This document shows positions 45,366 to 54,884 of a stretch of DNA of 64,000 nucleotides, in pieces. How positions within the stretch are numbered: position 1 is the stretch's first letter; the number at the start of each line of letters is the position of its first letter. This DNA is from a virus. The notes below the pieces were generated by a model that saw only the letters and a program-made list of their open reading frames with translations, was not told where the DNA came from and searched no databases. The stretch lies in the IMG/VR virus record IMGVR_UViG_3300024327_000544. One strand, 5' to 3'. Made by a program: the position numbers and the translations under genes.

Positions 45366-46794
45366 CCGTTCTCTTAGTGAAAGCTTCGGCGTCTTCTCTT
45401 GTGTTGACAATTGGTTGCCCTTTTACATTTAAGGAAGTGTTTAACAATACAGGACATCCTGTTATTTCCTTCCAAAGTTTTAATAATGTTATATGAGGTT
45501 CTGAATCAACAACTTGCAATCTTGATGTTCCATCTAAATGAACAACACCAGGATATTTCTGTTTAAATTCTTCTGTTGCTGATAATGCACAACTCATATA
45601 AGGTGAATGAAATCCACCATTAAAATATTGTGCCACGTCTTCAGGTAATATCATCGGAGCAAAAGGTCTGAACTGTTCTCTACCCTTTGTTTCATTTATT
45701 TTTTGTTTTATTTTTTTATCAGTAGGATCTCCGAAGAGTGTTCTATTACCTAAAGCACGTGGTCCGAATTCACATCTTCCGTTTGCTACTCCAACTACTC
45801 GATCGATCATCAAGTGTTCAATTATTTCTTTGATCGGATATGGTCCTTGTATATCATAACCAAGATAAGGAGTAGGACTAATATGGTTTCTTGTTCTTGC
45901 AAGAATACATCCAATAGCTGATCCAGAGTCACCTGGATTAGCTGGTATATAGATGTTAGAAAAATAATCAGATAATAATCTATTGGCACTAACATTTAAA
46001 GCACATCCTCCCACAAATACTATATTTCCATTATTTAATTTATGAGTACTTAACTCTTTTAATATTTTACGAAACTCTTCTTCGTAAACATGTTGTGCGG
46101 CAGTGGGCACATCCTCAGGATGGATTTCTGGTTTCACATTCCACTCTGGAATATTTTTACATCCTTTATGCCAGGTCATATTTTTTGTTTCCCAACAATC
46201 TCTAATTCTATTTACTACTACATCATAAGGATATGATTGTCTAGCAGCAGCCCCCATCATAATATATTCTTCTTCATTAGGCTTCCAACCTGAGTACTGT
46301 GTCAATGCTGAATACATTAATCCTAACGACTTAGGATATTTCCAGTTCCATAATTTTTTAAATTTATGATCTTTAACATGCCAAGCAGTTAATGTTTCCC
46401 ATTCTCCTATAGCATCAATACATAATACCATGCATTTAGTAAAAGGTGATGTATAATAACCATATGCCGCATGTGACCTATGATGTGGGGTATACTTCAT
46501 CTTATAACGTTTAGTATTATATGGATGTGGCAACACAGGTGGCTTCCAGGCAGGCTTCTGTCCAGCATACCATCTTCGAGAAATCTTTATACGAGGATCT
46601 TCATAAAAATAAATTTTATCTGGTTCATCATATTCTTCTCTCACATAGTCTAACAAGCTTAAAGGTATTTGAGGATCATTCTTTTTTCTAGAAAATCTTT
46701 CAGCGTCGGTTGCAAATATCACCTCTTGTTTCACACTATCATAAACAGCTAAGGCACCGTCATGTGATCCACAAGTAATACCCCAATATATCAT
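45346..46794 (-). CDS. NodU/CmcH-family O-carbamoyltransferase
   Basis: SHDGALA, ERFSRKK, HHRSHAA, IDAIGE, GGCALN, GDSGSAIG, EFGPRALGNR, FRPFAP, LLNTSLN. Confidence 0.93.
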   Translation of the reverse strand: MIYWGITCGSHDGALAVYDSVKQEVIFATDAERFSRKKNDPQIPLSLLDYVREEYDEPDKIYFYEDPRIKISRRWYAGQKPAWKPPVLPHPYNTKRYKMKYTPHHRSHAAYGYYTSPFTKCMVLCIDAIGEWETLTAWHVKDHKFKKLWNWKYPKSLGLMYSALTQYSGWKPNEEEYIMMGAAARQSYPYDVVVNRIRDCWETKNMTWHKGCKNIPEWNVKPEIHPEDVPTAAQHVYEEEFRKILKELSTHKLNNGNIVFVGGCALNVSANRLLSDYFSNIYIPANPGDSGSAIGCILARTRNHISPTPYLGYDIQGPYPIKEIIEHLMIDRVVGVANGRCEFGPRALGNRTLFGDPTDKKIKQKINETKGREQFRPFAPMILPEDVAQYFNGGFHSPYMSCALSATEEFKQKYPGVVHLDGTSRLQVVDSEPHITLLKLWKEITGCPVLLNTSLNVKGQPIVNTREDAEAFTKRTGVTVLS

Positions 46795-47483
46795 ATCACG
46801 TTCTCATTAAATATTATATCATTCACAGGTTCATTATTAAACAACCTCTTTATATAGGATGATAAATTTTTATGATTCTCTTCTGTAAAATGATTTGATC
46901 TCCAATCTTTAAATGAAGGATCATAACCGGACTTTATCTCTGCGCGAGATATATCCATTAATGTTATGTCAGGTATAATAAATTTTTCTGTATTTTCTAT
47001 TTCCACAGGGGCATATAAATCTCTATTATGTGAAGTGGAGAAATATATAACCTTTTCATATTGTTCTGATAAAGCCTTTAATACACATCTAGCCTTTGTT
47101 GCTTTGTGATAGTCCTTATAATTTATATGAAAATATTCTATAAACTTTTTATGTTGATTAAGGTATGTCATTTGAGGTGATGAAAGCCATTTATCATTTT
47201 CCCACTCTTTCATATCATCAAATAGAACCGCACCTGCATGACCAGGATATTGTAAGAACTCAAAATGAAATCTTCTTGGAATAGATTCGATATAAATTAC
47301 TTTACCTTCTCTATGATTATGCCCTTCAAGAAAAATATTCAAAGACCAATCAATACTAGAACCCGCTAAACCAAAAACAAATGAAGGCTCATCTAAAAGA
47401 TTGAACCATCTTTTTTCTGATGATATTCCTCCACCTTTTCCATTGAGAGGATCACAATATGAATCACCGAATACGTGTATCAT
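46791..47483 (-). CDS. SGNH/GDSL-like hypothetical protein
   Basis: HVFGDSY, GLAGSS and a C-terminal NHF..ENH. Confidence 0.5.
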   Translation of the reverse strand: MIHVFGDSYCDPLNGKGGGISSEKRWFNLLDEPSFVFGLAGSSIDWSLNIFLEGHNHREGKVIYIESIPRRFHFEFLQYPGHAGAVLFDDMKEWENDKWLSSPQMTYLNQHKKFIEYFHINYKDYHKATKARCVLKALSEQYEKVIYFSTSHNRDLYAPVEIENTEKFIIPDITLMDISRAEIKSGYDPSFKDWRSNHFTEENHKNLSSYIKRLFNNEPVNDIIFNENVI

Positions 47484-48183
47484 GTACTTTAAAATGAGAG
47501 CAATCGTGTTCGTGATTATTAGTATTCATATTATATGATAAATCAATACCTGTAAATGAACTCATATCATCAACAAATACTTTATTTCTAACATGGAGTC
47601 TATAGGCCCAATCAGTTCTAACCTCTCTATACATATCCCAACTTTCTCTTTGAGTTGTATCGAGATTAAAGATCCATCTCTTATCATTAATACGTATTAT
47701 ATGTAATCTGAACTTGTGCAACGGTATAGATTTATTATACATCTTATGTTGCCAATTACCTATTTCTGTGGAAACTGCTGAATAGAATAATTCAGATGGT
47801 GGTTTATATGCCTTCTCAAATCTTATAGTATCTATTTCATCTGGATGATATTGGGTTACTACATTATCTTCTTCAACATAAATCGTTGCTTTATCATACT
47901 CACAAATATCTATGCACCAGCCAGTTGGTGTAGCCGGTTGTAACCAGTCTCCATTTCTCCATATTCCATCTAACGGTTTAAAAAACCATGCTTCATTGGG
48001 AACACCGAGCTTATCTCTAGGAGGATGTTCTTCATCAAAAATATTATCACTTCTAAGATCAGGTAGATTCCAAGAAAAATCAAATAGCATTTTTCTCGGC
48101 TTCTCTTTCCAATAATCATAAGCCGCTTCGGTCAATTTCCAAGTTGATACTGTACCGCCTGGACCATTAAGAAATATTTCCAT
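47464..48183 (-). CDS. hypothetical protein
   Basis: 239-aa aromatic-rich ORF in the operon. Confidence 0.6.
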   Translation of the reverse strand: MEIFLNGPGGTVSTWKLTEAAYDYWKEKPRKMLFDFSWNLPDLRSDNIFDEEHPPRDKLGVPNEAWFFKPLDGIWRNGDWLQPATPTGWCIDICEYDKATIYVEEDNVVTQYHPDEIDTIRFEKAYKPPSELFYSAVSTEIGNWQHKMYNKSIPLHKFRLHIIRINDKRWIFNLDTTQRESWDMYREVRTDWAYRLHVRNKVFVDDMSSFTGIDLSYNMNTNNHEHDCSHFKVHDTRIR

Positions 48184-48208
48184 TAGAACTGTTCTTTTTA
48201 TCTTTCTA

Positions 48209-48499
48209 TTAGTTTAAATAAAAACTATCAATATCTCTCCCAGCACATTCAGGAGATAGTTCACCCATCTTTTCTATAATGGAATGTAATTTATCTACAT
48301 CATTTTTATTTTTGGAAAAGAACTGGGATGATTTATAATTATTTTTTTGTAGATACTCTTTGCATTCTCTTAATTCATGTAATTCAAACACAGTTGTATC
48401 CACACACAATTTATCGTCTACAATAGATAAAAACGCTTCTTTGTTCATATTAGTATTTAGATCTTTCTTCGATAATACTTTGTCTTCTTTCATCTTCAC
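48209..48499 (-). CDS. hypothetical protein
   Basis: 96-aa ORF. Confidence 0.5.
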   Translation of the reverse strand: MKMKEDKVLSKKDLNTNMNKEAFLSIVDDKLCVDTTVFELHELRECKEYLQKNNYKSSQFFSKNKNDVDKLHSIIEKMGELSPECAGRDIDSFYLN

Positions 48500-49049
48500 C
48501 TTTCATATCCTCTACAGCAAGACCGTTTCGCTGTAAACCAACTTCATTATACTTTTTAAATCTTGCTGGGACTCCATACCACAATGTACCACATTTAATA
48601 TCAGCTCCCTTAGGTACGATAGAACCCATACCTAACATACAATATGAACCTATAACTTGGAACTGATGTATTGATACACTATAACCTATATTTGTATTTT
48701 CCATAACATATACGTGCCCACCAAAAGCTGCATTATTACTAATGATACAATTTGATTCAACATAACAATCATGTGCTATGTTAGAATTAATCATCAAATA
48801 ACAATTATCTTCTATAGCTGTTAACTTTGACCATTCAGTTGGCATATTTACAGAAACAGATTCTCTGAATATATTATTATCTCCAATAGAAATAACACCT
48901 GTAGATTTATCTCTAATACTTTGAGCATCTGTACCGATACAAGTATAAGCTCCTATAATATTATTTTCACCCATCTCAACAACGTCCCAATTAATAAGAG
49001 CTGTCTTATGTATTTTATTTGAACCTACATAATACCAATCGCTAGTCAT
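48450..49049 (-). CDS. LpxA-like left-handed beta-helix acyltransferase
   Basis: IHKTA, IGTDAQ, IGDNNIFRESVSV, SNIAHDC, FGGHV, IHQFQVIGSY hexapeptide pattern. Confidence 0.85.
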   Translation of the reverse strand: MTSDWYYVGSNKIHKTALINWDVVEMGENNIIGAYTCIGTDAQSIRDKSTGVISIGDNNIFRESVSVNMPTEWSKLTAIEDNCYLMINSNIAHDCYVESNCIISNNAAFGGHVYVMENTNIGYSVSIHQFQVIGSYCMLGMGSIVPKGADIKCGTLWYGVPARFKKYNEVGLQRNGLAVEDMKGEDERRQSIIEERSKY

Positions 49050-49789
49050 GTCTCTGTCCTCACAAATAAAGGTTCATATTCATATTGTCTCTGTCCATCA
49101 AATTGATACTGCTTTTTATCTAACTCATAAATTATTTGTGATGGGACATTACCTACTAGCCATGCTTTAGTATTTTTTAAATATGACTCTCTACCTTGAC
49201 GTAAGTGTCTTACAAAACCATCTCTATTAGTCCATATTGGTACTTTATCTTTTTGAAGTCTATATGAAATGTGATGATCAGAAGCTTTACCATTCTCCCA
49301 AACTCCTAAAGGATACTTTAATAAAATATCTCTAGTAAAACAACTAGTTGCAAAACTTGCAATTGCAGTTTGAAAATTTCCTTCTTTACTTAATACCTCA
49401 TCAACGGAAGCCCAAGGAGGATAGTCATCATATAAAGGTCTAACAAGAGATGCATTTTCATCTATTAATGGTAATGCATGAAATGAAACATTAGAGTGCG
49501 AACTTATTTTATCTCCGTACATTTCCATATTACACCAACCGGTGAATACATCGTACTTAGGTGCATTAGCTAATACAGTATCAATAGCTCTTTTATAGCT
49601 AATAGCATCATCTGACATAATAACATAATGACTGAAGTTAGTTTGTTTAACAAACATATTCATTTCATGTACTACTTGAGGTTCAGTAAATGCTTTAAAC
49701 CATACTCTAGGTAAATTCCAATTCTCTCTCATAGATGTTATAGCCGGAGGTATTATTCTTGGCTGCATTATCATTAATACAGGATTCAT
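49046..49789 (-). CDS. possible GT-A-fold glycosyltransferase
   Basis: YVIMSDD (DxD-like), ..SDH..S..L, VRHL; context between an acyltransferase and a GT. Confidence 0.35.
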   Translation of the reverse strand: MNPVLMIMQPRIIPPAITSMRENWNLPRVWFKAFTEPQVVHEMNMFVKQTNFSHYVIMSDDAISYKRAIDTVLANAPKYDVFTGWCNMEMYGDKISSHSNVSFHALPLIDENASLVRPLYDDYPPWASVDEVLSKEGNFQTAIASFATSCFTRDILLKYPLGVWENGKASDHHISYRLQKDKVPIWTNRDGFVRHLRQGRESYLKNTKAWLVGNVPSQIIYELDKKQYQFDGQRQYEYEPLFVRTET

Positions 49790-50499
49790 ATCCAGTTGTC
49801 CAATATTTTAGGATTAAACTTTACTCTATTCAGTTGTTGAAGTTTTGGTTTACCATGAAAGTAAACTATAGAAGCATTATTTAATAAAGTTGGATTAGAC
49901 ATTATATGACACTTATAAGATAATATACGATTAGGAAATCCAATATCTATTCTGGGTACTCTTCCATCTTCATTAAATAACTTTCTCATCATCTCTAATT
50001 CAGAAGGAATATTCCACGGAGCTAATCTACAATGTTTTAAAACCCAATCTCGTTTATTAGTCCAAACATCCCAAATATAATTAGATGTCTTATCACTAAC
50101 AATACATATTGCATTACAAACATCACCTTCTATCATTGGATCTGATATTAATCCAACATCTAAAGGAAAAGATAGAATGTCGTCAATGTTAGACATTATA
50201 ACAGTGTCTAAGCCAATAATCATTCTACGATTAGTTGTAATATCTGGACGAAATAATTCAGCTAATAAAGACCAGCCTGGAGTGGTAGGGTCTAGGAAGG
50301 GAACAGAACGAATCGGTTCGTTGAATTTATAATCATCATCAACTAAACAAACCAACTCAAAATCTGTTGTAATGTTTCTCTTTAATCCACGATAAAGTTT
50401 ATCTGCCCATTCAGCGTTATATATTTCTGCAGAGTGTGGTAAACCCTTTCCGGTTCCTTTAAAGAGAGCGCATATAATCGATATCATTAAATCGCTCAA
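49786..50499 (-). CDS. glycosyltransferase (GT8-like)
   Basis: GLDTVIMSNIDDI, SYKCHI and IVYFHGKPK motifs. Confidence 0.7.
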   Translation of the reverse strand: MSDLMISIICALFKGTGKGLPHSAEIYNAEWADKLYRGLKRNITTDFELVCLVDDDYKFNEPIRSVPFLDPTTPGWSLLAELFRPDITTNRRMIIGLDTVIMSNIDDILSFPLDVGLISDPMIEGDVCNAICIVSDKTSNYIWDVWTNKRDWVLKHCRLAPWNIPSELEMMRKLFNEDGRVPRIDIGFPNRILSYKCHIMSNPTLLNNASIVYFHGKPKLQQLNRVKFNPKILDNWI

Positions 50500-50671
50500 A
50501 TTGAATAGGCGTTAAGTCTCCATCTTCTGACAACGCCTTTATAACATCATATTCTTCATCTAGTATTTGCAATTCATATTCAACTGAGTCTTTGACTCTC
50601 GCTGTCTTTACTTCATATTGTAATTCTTGTAATTCTTTTGCAATCCAAATTCGTCTAATATTTCTATTCAT
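50459..50671 (-). CDS. hypothetical protein
   Basis: 70 aa; AAAGGAG RBS. Confidence 0.55.
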   Translation of the reverse strand: MNRNIRRIWIAKELQELQYEVKTARVKDSVEYELQILDEEYDVIKALSEDGDLTPIQFERFNDIDYMRSL

Positions 50672-50776
50672 AATATCTCCTTTAAATATGTAGGGAGAAA
50701 AATATTAGACGAATCATGTCTGTGTCCGGTAAGTAAAACACCTCCTTCGACCGAACGTAGCGACGTTAATTATAAT

Positions 50777-51025
50777 CTATCCTTGAACACCAAAATGTTC
50801 TAATAGATCGTTATAGTCACCAACAAATTTTCCATCTAATATAATTTGTGGGACTTTCTTACTATTTGTTTCTTTCATGAGATTATAAAATAACTTCTTA
50901 TCACTCTCAACAATAGAATACTTAATTCCTTTTTGGTCTAATAAATCTTTTGCTTTATCACACCATTCACAATCGGGAACGGACTGATGTCTAACCACAA
51001 CATTCCCTCTAATCTCCAGATTCAT
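50777..51025 (-). CDS. glutaredoxin
   Basis: CEWC, KAKDLL, VPQI and GKFVGDY motifs. Confidence 0.88.
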   Translation of the reverse strand: MNLEIRGNVVVRHQSVPDCEWCDKAKDLLDQKGIKYSIVESDKKLFYNLMKETNSKKVPQIILDGKFVGDYNDLLEHFGVQG

Positions 51026-51425
51026 TTTTTTTCATTTCTTTTTGTAATTGTTTTATTTGAAAAGCTCTTTGGACACACATGTTTGTATAGCTGGCTGCTA
51101 TTTGTGCTTTTTCACCTTTAAGGGTTCCAGCCCATTCAGATACAAATTGATTCCATGTAATCATTATTCTTATATTGTCTAATATGCAACCACATATGGA
51201 TTGTAATTCGGCGGGCCAGAATTCATTTAAAGATTGTGCGTTCTCCATCTTTTCCCAACAACCTTTAACAAAACCATATATAGCATCGCTAGGATACCAA
51301 TAAGGATTAAACTGAGGTAGGTGTTTTCCTTCTTGAGCCTGAACTTTAAAAGCTGAAAAGATTAACAATGAAGAAAGAATTAAAACTAAAAATATTTTTT
51401 TAAATATATTTTCAAATCGGGCCAT
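51009..51425 (-). CDS. secreted hypothetical protein
   Basis: Signal peptide; C..CxC pattern. Confidence 0.6.
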   Translation of the reverse strand: MARFENIFKKIFLVLILSSLLIFSAFKVQAQEGKHLPQFNPYWYPSDAIYGFVKGCWEKMENAQSLNEFWPAELQSICGCILDNIRIMITWNQFVSEWAGTLKGEKAQIAASYTNMCVQRAFQIKQLQKEMKKNESGD

Positions 51426-51618
51426 CTGTTTTTATACTTACGTGGTAACCTTGATCTTGTAGAGACTTAGCTATCTTTAGTGCTTGTTCTCTATCTATGC
51501 AGGGTCTTCTTTGGATATCTTTTTTATCAGGCGCGCTCCACTTGACATTCTCTTTCATCTGCGCGTGATAATTATTACTTTTATTCTTATCTTTAAAATA
51601 CTCTAACCAAATATTCAT
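51412..51618 (-). CDS. hypothetical protein
   Basis: 68-aa ORF. Confidence 0.5.
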   Translation of the reverse strand: MNIWLEYFKDKNKSNNYHAQMKENVKWSAPDKKDIQRRPCIDREQALKIAKSLQDQGYHVSIKTDGPI

Positions 51619-51648
51619 TTGATTATTTTAAATCGAAGAAAGCAAAAG

Positions 51649-51684
51649 GAAAGGCTGTGCTTACCAAAGGCATCAGCCATTCCT
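51649..51684 (-). terminator. intrinsic terminator after the gp67-like gene
   Basis: GGAAUGGCUGAUGC...GCACAGCCUUUCC stem followed by UUUUGCUUUCUU. Confidence 0.65.
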
Positions 51685-51694
51685 AGGTACATTC

Positions 51695-52714
51695 TTATTT
51701 ACGGTTTCCAGACAAGTATGATGCAACTTGTGCAACGAAAGAACCTTCAGGAAGTTCTACATTTGAACTTGCTTCACCTGGATCAAAGGAAGCGTCTTCC
51801 CTTGATACATAGTGACCATAATTCTGGTCGTCTGGGTTATCGCGCCAGTCGGTGTGTCTCTGCTGATCGCTTTTCTTACCCATTTTACCTGCAGCCTTTG
51901 CGGCACCACCTTTTTTGCTACCCTTCTTGTCAAAGTCTTTACTATCACGATAGGCATCAAATTTGTCAGCTTGCCTTTTTCGCTTAGCGTCTGATTTTGC
52001 GGTTTTGGTTGTTCCTAGCGTTGGTTTCTGGGAGCTTGGATTATCACGGATATCATTATAAGCTTTTTGAGCCGCGTCATCTGCTGTGGCAGAACTTATT
52101 TCATCAACAGGTTCTACTTCTTCTTTCTTTTCCTTTTTAGCGTACCATTTGTCTTTGTCTCTTTCTTGATCACCTTTTGGCACTAGTGCCCGCATATCTG
52201 GTCTTTTCCTCACGGGTTCTTTTTTGTGCATTCGAGGATTTGCGGCTTTGTGAGCTGCAAAAGCTGCGTCGCCTTGATACCAGGCAGCCTTGACATCATC
52301 TTGATCGTCTTCTTGAACTTCTTCATCATCGTCGTCTTCATCGTCTTCATCGTCACTATCATCATCATCTTCTTTTACTTTAGATTTAGCTTCTTTTGCA
52401 AATTGAGGTGGGACTTTTCCTTTTTTAGGTTTGTCATCACCTTCATCTGAATCACTATCATCAGAATCATCATCATCACCTTCTTCCTCTTCATCATCTT
52501 CTTCTGCGAAAAGAGTTTGAGCGATTTTTAATTTCTCGTCTTCAATTGCGGCAACAACCTTAGCTTCAACGATTCCATTAAACTTCTCATTAGCTGCGTG
52601 TAACTCACCGGACAGGACTAAATCCACCAGTTCTGACGCAGGATTCGAAGGAGTTTCCGTGGCCTCAGTTGCATCGTCATTATTTACTTCTTCTTGTATT
52701 TCCTTATCCGACAT
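51695..52714 (-). CDS. prohead core protein (T4 gp67-like domain) with a long acidic/basic extension
   Basis: LVLSGELHAANEKFNGIVEAKVVAAIEDEKLKIAQTLF followed by a D/E tract, as in gp67; late promoter upstream. Confidence 0.6.
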   Translation of the reverse strand: MSDKEIQEEVNNDDATEATETPSNPASELVDLVLSGELHAANEKFNGIVEAKVVAAIEDEKLKIAQTLFAEEDDEEEEGDDDDSDDSDSDEGDDKPKKGKVPPQFAKEAKSKVKEDDDDSDDEDDEDDDDEEVQEDDQDDVKAAWYQGDAAFAAHKAANPRMHKKEPVRKRPDMRALVPKGDQERDKDKWYAKKEKKEEVEPVDEISSATADDAAQKAYNDIRDNPSSQKPTLGTTKTAKSDAKRKRQADKFDAYRDSKDFDKKGSKKGGAAKAAGKMGKKSDQQRHTDWRDNPDDQNYGHYVSREDASFDPGEASSNVELPEGSFVAQVASYLSGNRK

Positions 52715-52754
52715 TGATACACTCCGTAATTTATTGTCAGTTTGTCATTTACTT

Positions 52755-52762
52755 TATTTATA
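52755..52762 (-). promoter_or_regulatory. T4 late promoter
   Basis: Exact TATAAATA. Confidence 0.75.
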
Positions 52763-52767
52763 CGATT

Positions 52768-53088
52768 TTAGAAGTCCTGGAAACTTTCTGTCTCATCCCA
52801 TCGGCCTACAACGCCAATCATAGGGTCTTTATTAGGATGATCATAATTTTTATTATCTAATATCTTTGTACCAATAACATATTCTAATACTTCAATACAT
52901 TTATCAAAACGCATATTATGTATTGATTCTAATCCCATTAATGTATTAAGTATGTTATCTTTATCAATATCAGGGTTCTCCATAACATTCTCAGATAGTA
53001 ATTTTACATCATCTGAAATCTGTCCTAGCTGTTGTATAGATTCTTCTAAATCAAATCTATCATATAAAGCACCTTGTGTTATACTCAT
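52768..53088 (-). CDS. hypothetical protein
   Basis: DRFDLEESI motif. The real start is probably ATG 53088 (AAGGA RBS); the longer ORF runs into the tRNA. Confidence 0.65.
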   Translation of the reverse strand: MSITQGALYDRFDLEESIQQLGQISDDVKLLSENVMENPDIDKDNILNTLMGLESIHNMRFDKCIEVLEYVIGTKILDNKNYDHPNKDPMIGVVGRWDETESFQDF

Positions 53089-53097
53089 AAATTCCTT

Positions 53098-53181
53098 TGG
53101 TGGGGAGAGATGGAGTCGAACCATCACAGTCTCAGACGGCTGATTTACAGTCAGTTGGGCTCACCTATGCTCAGTCTCCCC
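53098..53181 (-). tRNA. tRNA-Tyr(GUA), CCA encoded
   Basis: GGGGAGA/TCTCCCC acceptor, CTGA-CTGTAAA-TCAG anticodon arm, long variable arm, GGTTCGACTCC T-arm. Confidence 0.92.
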
Positions 53182-53472
53182 TTATGTTGGGTATTTTAAA
53201 TTATATTCGTTCATGATCTCTACTATCTTATCACGGACTGTTTGAAAAACTTCTTGTTCTCCCTCTGAATATTTTTCTTCCTGATATTTAATTTCACTTC
53301 TAATAAACTGTTCTATGTCCCACATAGCTAAAGACCAGTTCATACCATCAGCTGATTGACGATAATTCTCATGGTCTTCAGGTAACTCAAATTCTAATGT
53401 AGCTCTCATTGGCTTTATTTCCTTACCTTGTATATGGGTTTCATATTGCTTCTTTTTAACTTCAAAGGGCAT
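53182..53472 (-). CDS. hypothetical protein (paralog of 62712-62936)
   Basis: ATLEFELPEDH...MNWSLAMWDI. Confidence 0.6.
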   Translation of the reverse strand: MPFEVKKKQYETHIQGKEIKPMRATLEFELPEDHENYRQSADGMNWSLAMWDIEQFIRSEIKYQEEKYSEGEQEVFQTVRDKIVEIMNEYNLKYPT

Positions 53473-53827
53473 CGCCGTTCAATGCCTCACTGATAGGGAA
53501 CCACGCATCAGAGTTATATGACTTATCACAAATGTAAACATCGAAAAAAGGTTTACCTACAATTAATTCATGGTAATTAACACCCCATCTTTTTAATTGT
53601 TCTGCGGTCTGTGGTTTCCAAAATTCTGGGTTATCTTTATACGTTCTACAACCTCTTCCTGTCCATAGTATAATACGATGACCCTTTTCATATAGAGCGT
53701 TTATATGATCGATCCGATCCTGCCATGGTTCCATATCCATATAAGTAATCGTATTATCATTTTTTTCTTTTCTTACTGTATCACGGTTAGTACAAATAGT
53801 ACCATCAATATCGAAGCAATAATGCAT
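53462..53827 (-). CDS. HAD phosphatase (capsule-biosynthesis phosphatase-like)
   Basis: CFDIDGTI, IILWTGRG, YHELIVGKP and YICDK motifs. Confidence 0.8.
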   Translation of the reverse strand: MHYCFDIDGTICTNRDTVRKEKNDNTITYMDMEPWQDRIDHINALYEKGHRIILWTGRGCRTYKDNPEFWKPQTAEQLKRWGVNYHELIVGKPFFDVYICDKSYNSDAWFPISEALNGDAL

Positions 53828-53860
53828 TAGTAATTCCTTTCTAATTGTTAACGGACACGT

Positions 53861-54262
53861 TTACTTGAGTGCATGCTGTAGCCTTTCAACAAATGTTATA
53901 TGAGCCTTTGGTGGTTTCTTAAATTGAAAACCATATGTTCTGCTTTCTAAATCTTTTAAAACATCCGCAATTTGATACGTTTCAAATTCATATATGTCGT
54001 TATTCATATCACCAGATTCAAACTGATGATGCCTCGCATAGTATTCTAAATTTGTAAGTGCTTCTTTATATATCTCTCTGTTCTTAGAATTTGCAGACAT
54101 TATTGACATACGTAACCAATTTCCAATTCTATCTACATTAGGATAATAATTAAATCGATGTAACCACTCTTGCATGAATTCAACCTTCTCACGAACATCT
54201 TTTATTCGCTTTACTCGAACTCTTGCTACTTGCCAACTTATATTCCACTTGTCTGATCTCAT
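53861..54262 (-). CDS. hypothetical early protein (probably leaderless)
   Basis: ATG 7 nt downstream of a -10 box. Confidence 0.65.
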   Translation of the reverse strand: MRSDKWNISWQVARVRVKRIKDVREKVEFMQEWLHRFNYYPNVDRIGNWLRMSIMSANSKNREIYKEALTNLEYYARHHQFESGDMNNDIYEFETYQIADVLKDLESRTYGFQFKKPPKAHITFVERLQHALK

Positions 54263-54268
54263 ATTAAT

Positions 54269-54297
54269 ATTATACTACATACAAAACAAAATGTCAA
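54269..54297 (-). promoter_or_regulatory. consensus sigma70 promoter
   Basis: TTGACA-N17-TATAAT. Confidence 0.85.
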
Positions 54298-54307
54298 GGA
54301 AAAAGAA

Positions 54308-54478
54308 TTATAATGCTCCAAAGAAAATATATTGATCCATAAACGCCCAAACCTCGTGTGGTAATTCTGCCCACCTACAAAGTTTAATGAAGTTAAGTTG
54401 CCAGAAAGTATACCAGTCTATACTAACAAAACTATATGCATAACCTAATAAGAATCCAATTAAAAGATATTTTAACAT
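54308..54478 (-). CDS. 56-aa membrane protein not in the ORF track
   Basis: MLKYLLIGFLLGYAYSFVSIDWYTFWQ...; AGGA RBS; abuts the upstream stop. Confidence 0.55.
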   Translation of the reverse strand: MLKYLLIGFLLGYAYSFVSIDWYTFWQLNFIKLCRWAELPHEVWAFMDQYIFFGAL

Positions 54479-54702
54479 TATTCCTGTTCTTTTAAAACCC
54501 AGTAATATCTTCCATAAGGTAGGTGTGCGGTTTCACAATAATCATAAATCTGTCCATAATGTTCTAATACGCCGCCTTTATCTGTTGTCTTCATATACTT
54601 GATAGGACAGTCTTCAGGGGCTGTAACCGCTATCCATGTAACAATAATAGCTTGAACAGCTAGCATAACTGTGGTTGGTATAATCATCGATGGCCTGACC
54701 AA
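54478..54702 (-). CDS. small membrane-anchored hypothetical protein
   Basis: N-terminal hydrophobic segment. Confidence 0.5.
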   Translation of the reverse strand: MVRPSMIIPTTVMLAVQAIIVTWIAVTAPEDCPIKYMKTTDKGGVLEHYGQIYDYCETAHLPYGRYYWVLKEQE

Positions 54703-54884
54703 TTCATATAAGGATCATCATACATTTCACGTTGAGCTTGTTCCTTTCTCAACATTCTAATCATATCTCCACGTTCTTCATCTATAACATGCTGAGGTCG
54801 AGTATCTATATCTTCCATAGGTTCTTCAGCAACTTTCTTTGCTATTGTATCTACCATTCCTTGACTCCATAAGTATGTTAACAT
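54684..54884 (-). CDS. hypothetical protein
   Basis: 66-aa ORF in the early small-gene array. Confidence 0.5.
   Translation of the reverse strand: MLTYLWSQGMVDTIAKKVAEEPMEDIDTRPQHVIDEERGDMIRMLRKEQAQREMYDDPYMNWSGHR

Noticed and set aside
53089-53127. N-terminal extension of the 52768 ORF
   Set aside because: It overlaps tRNA-Tyr; the RBS supports ATG 53088.
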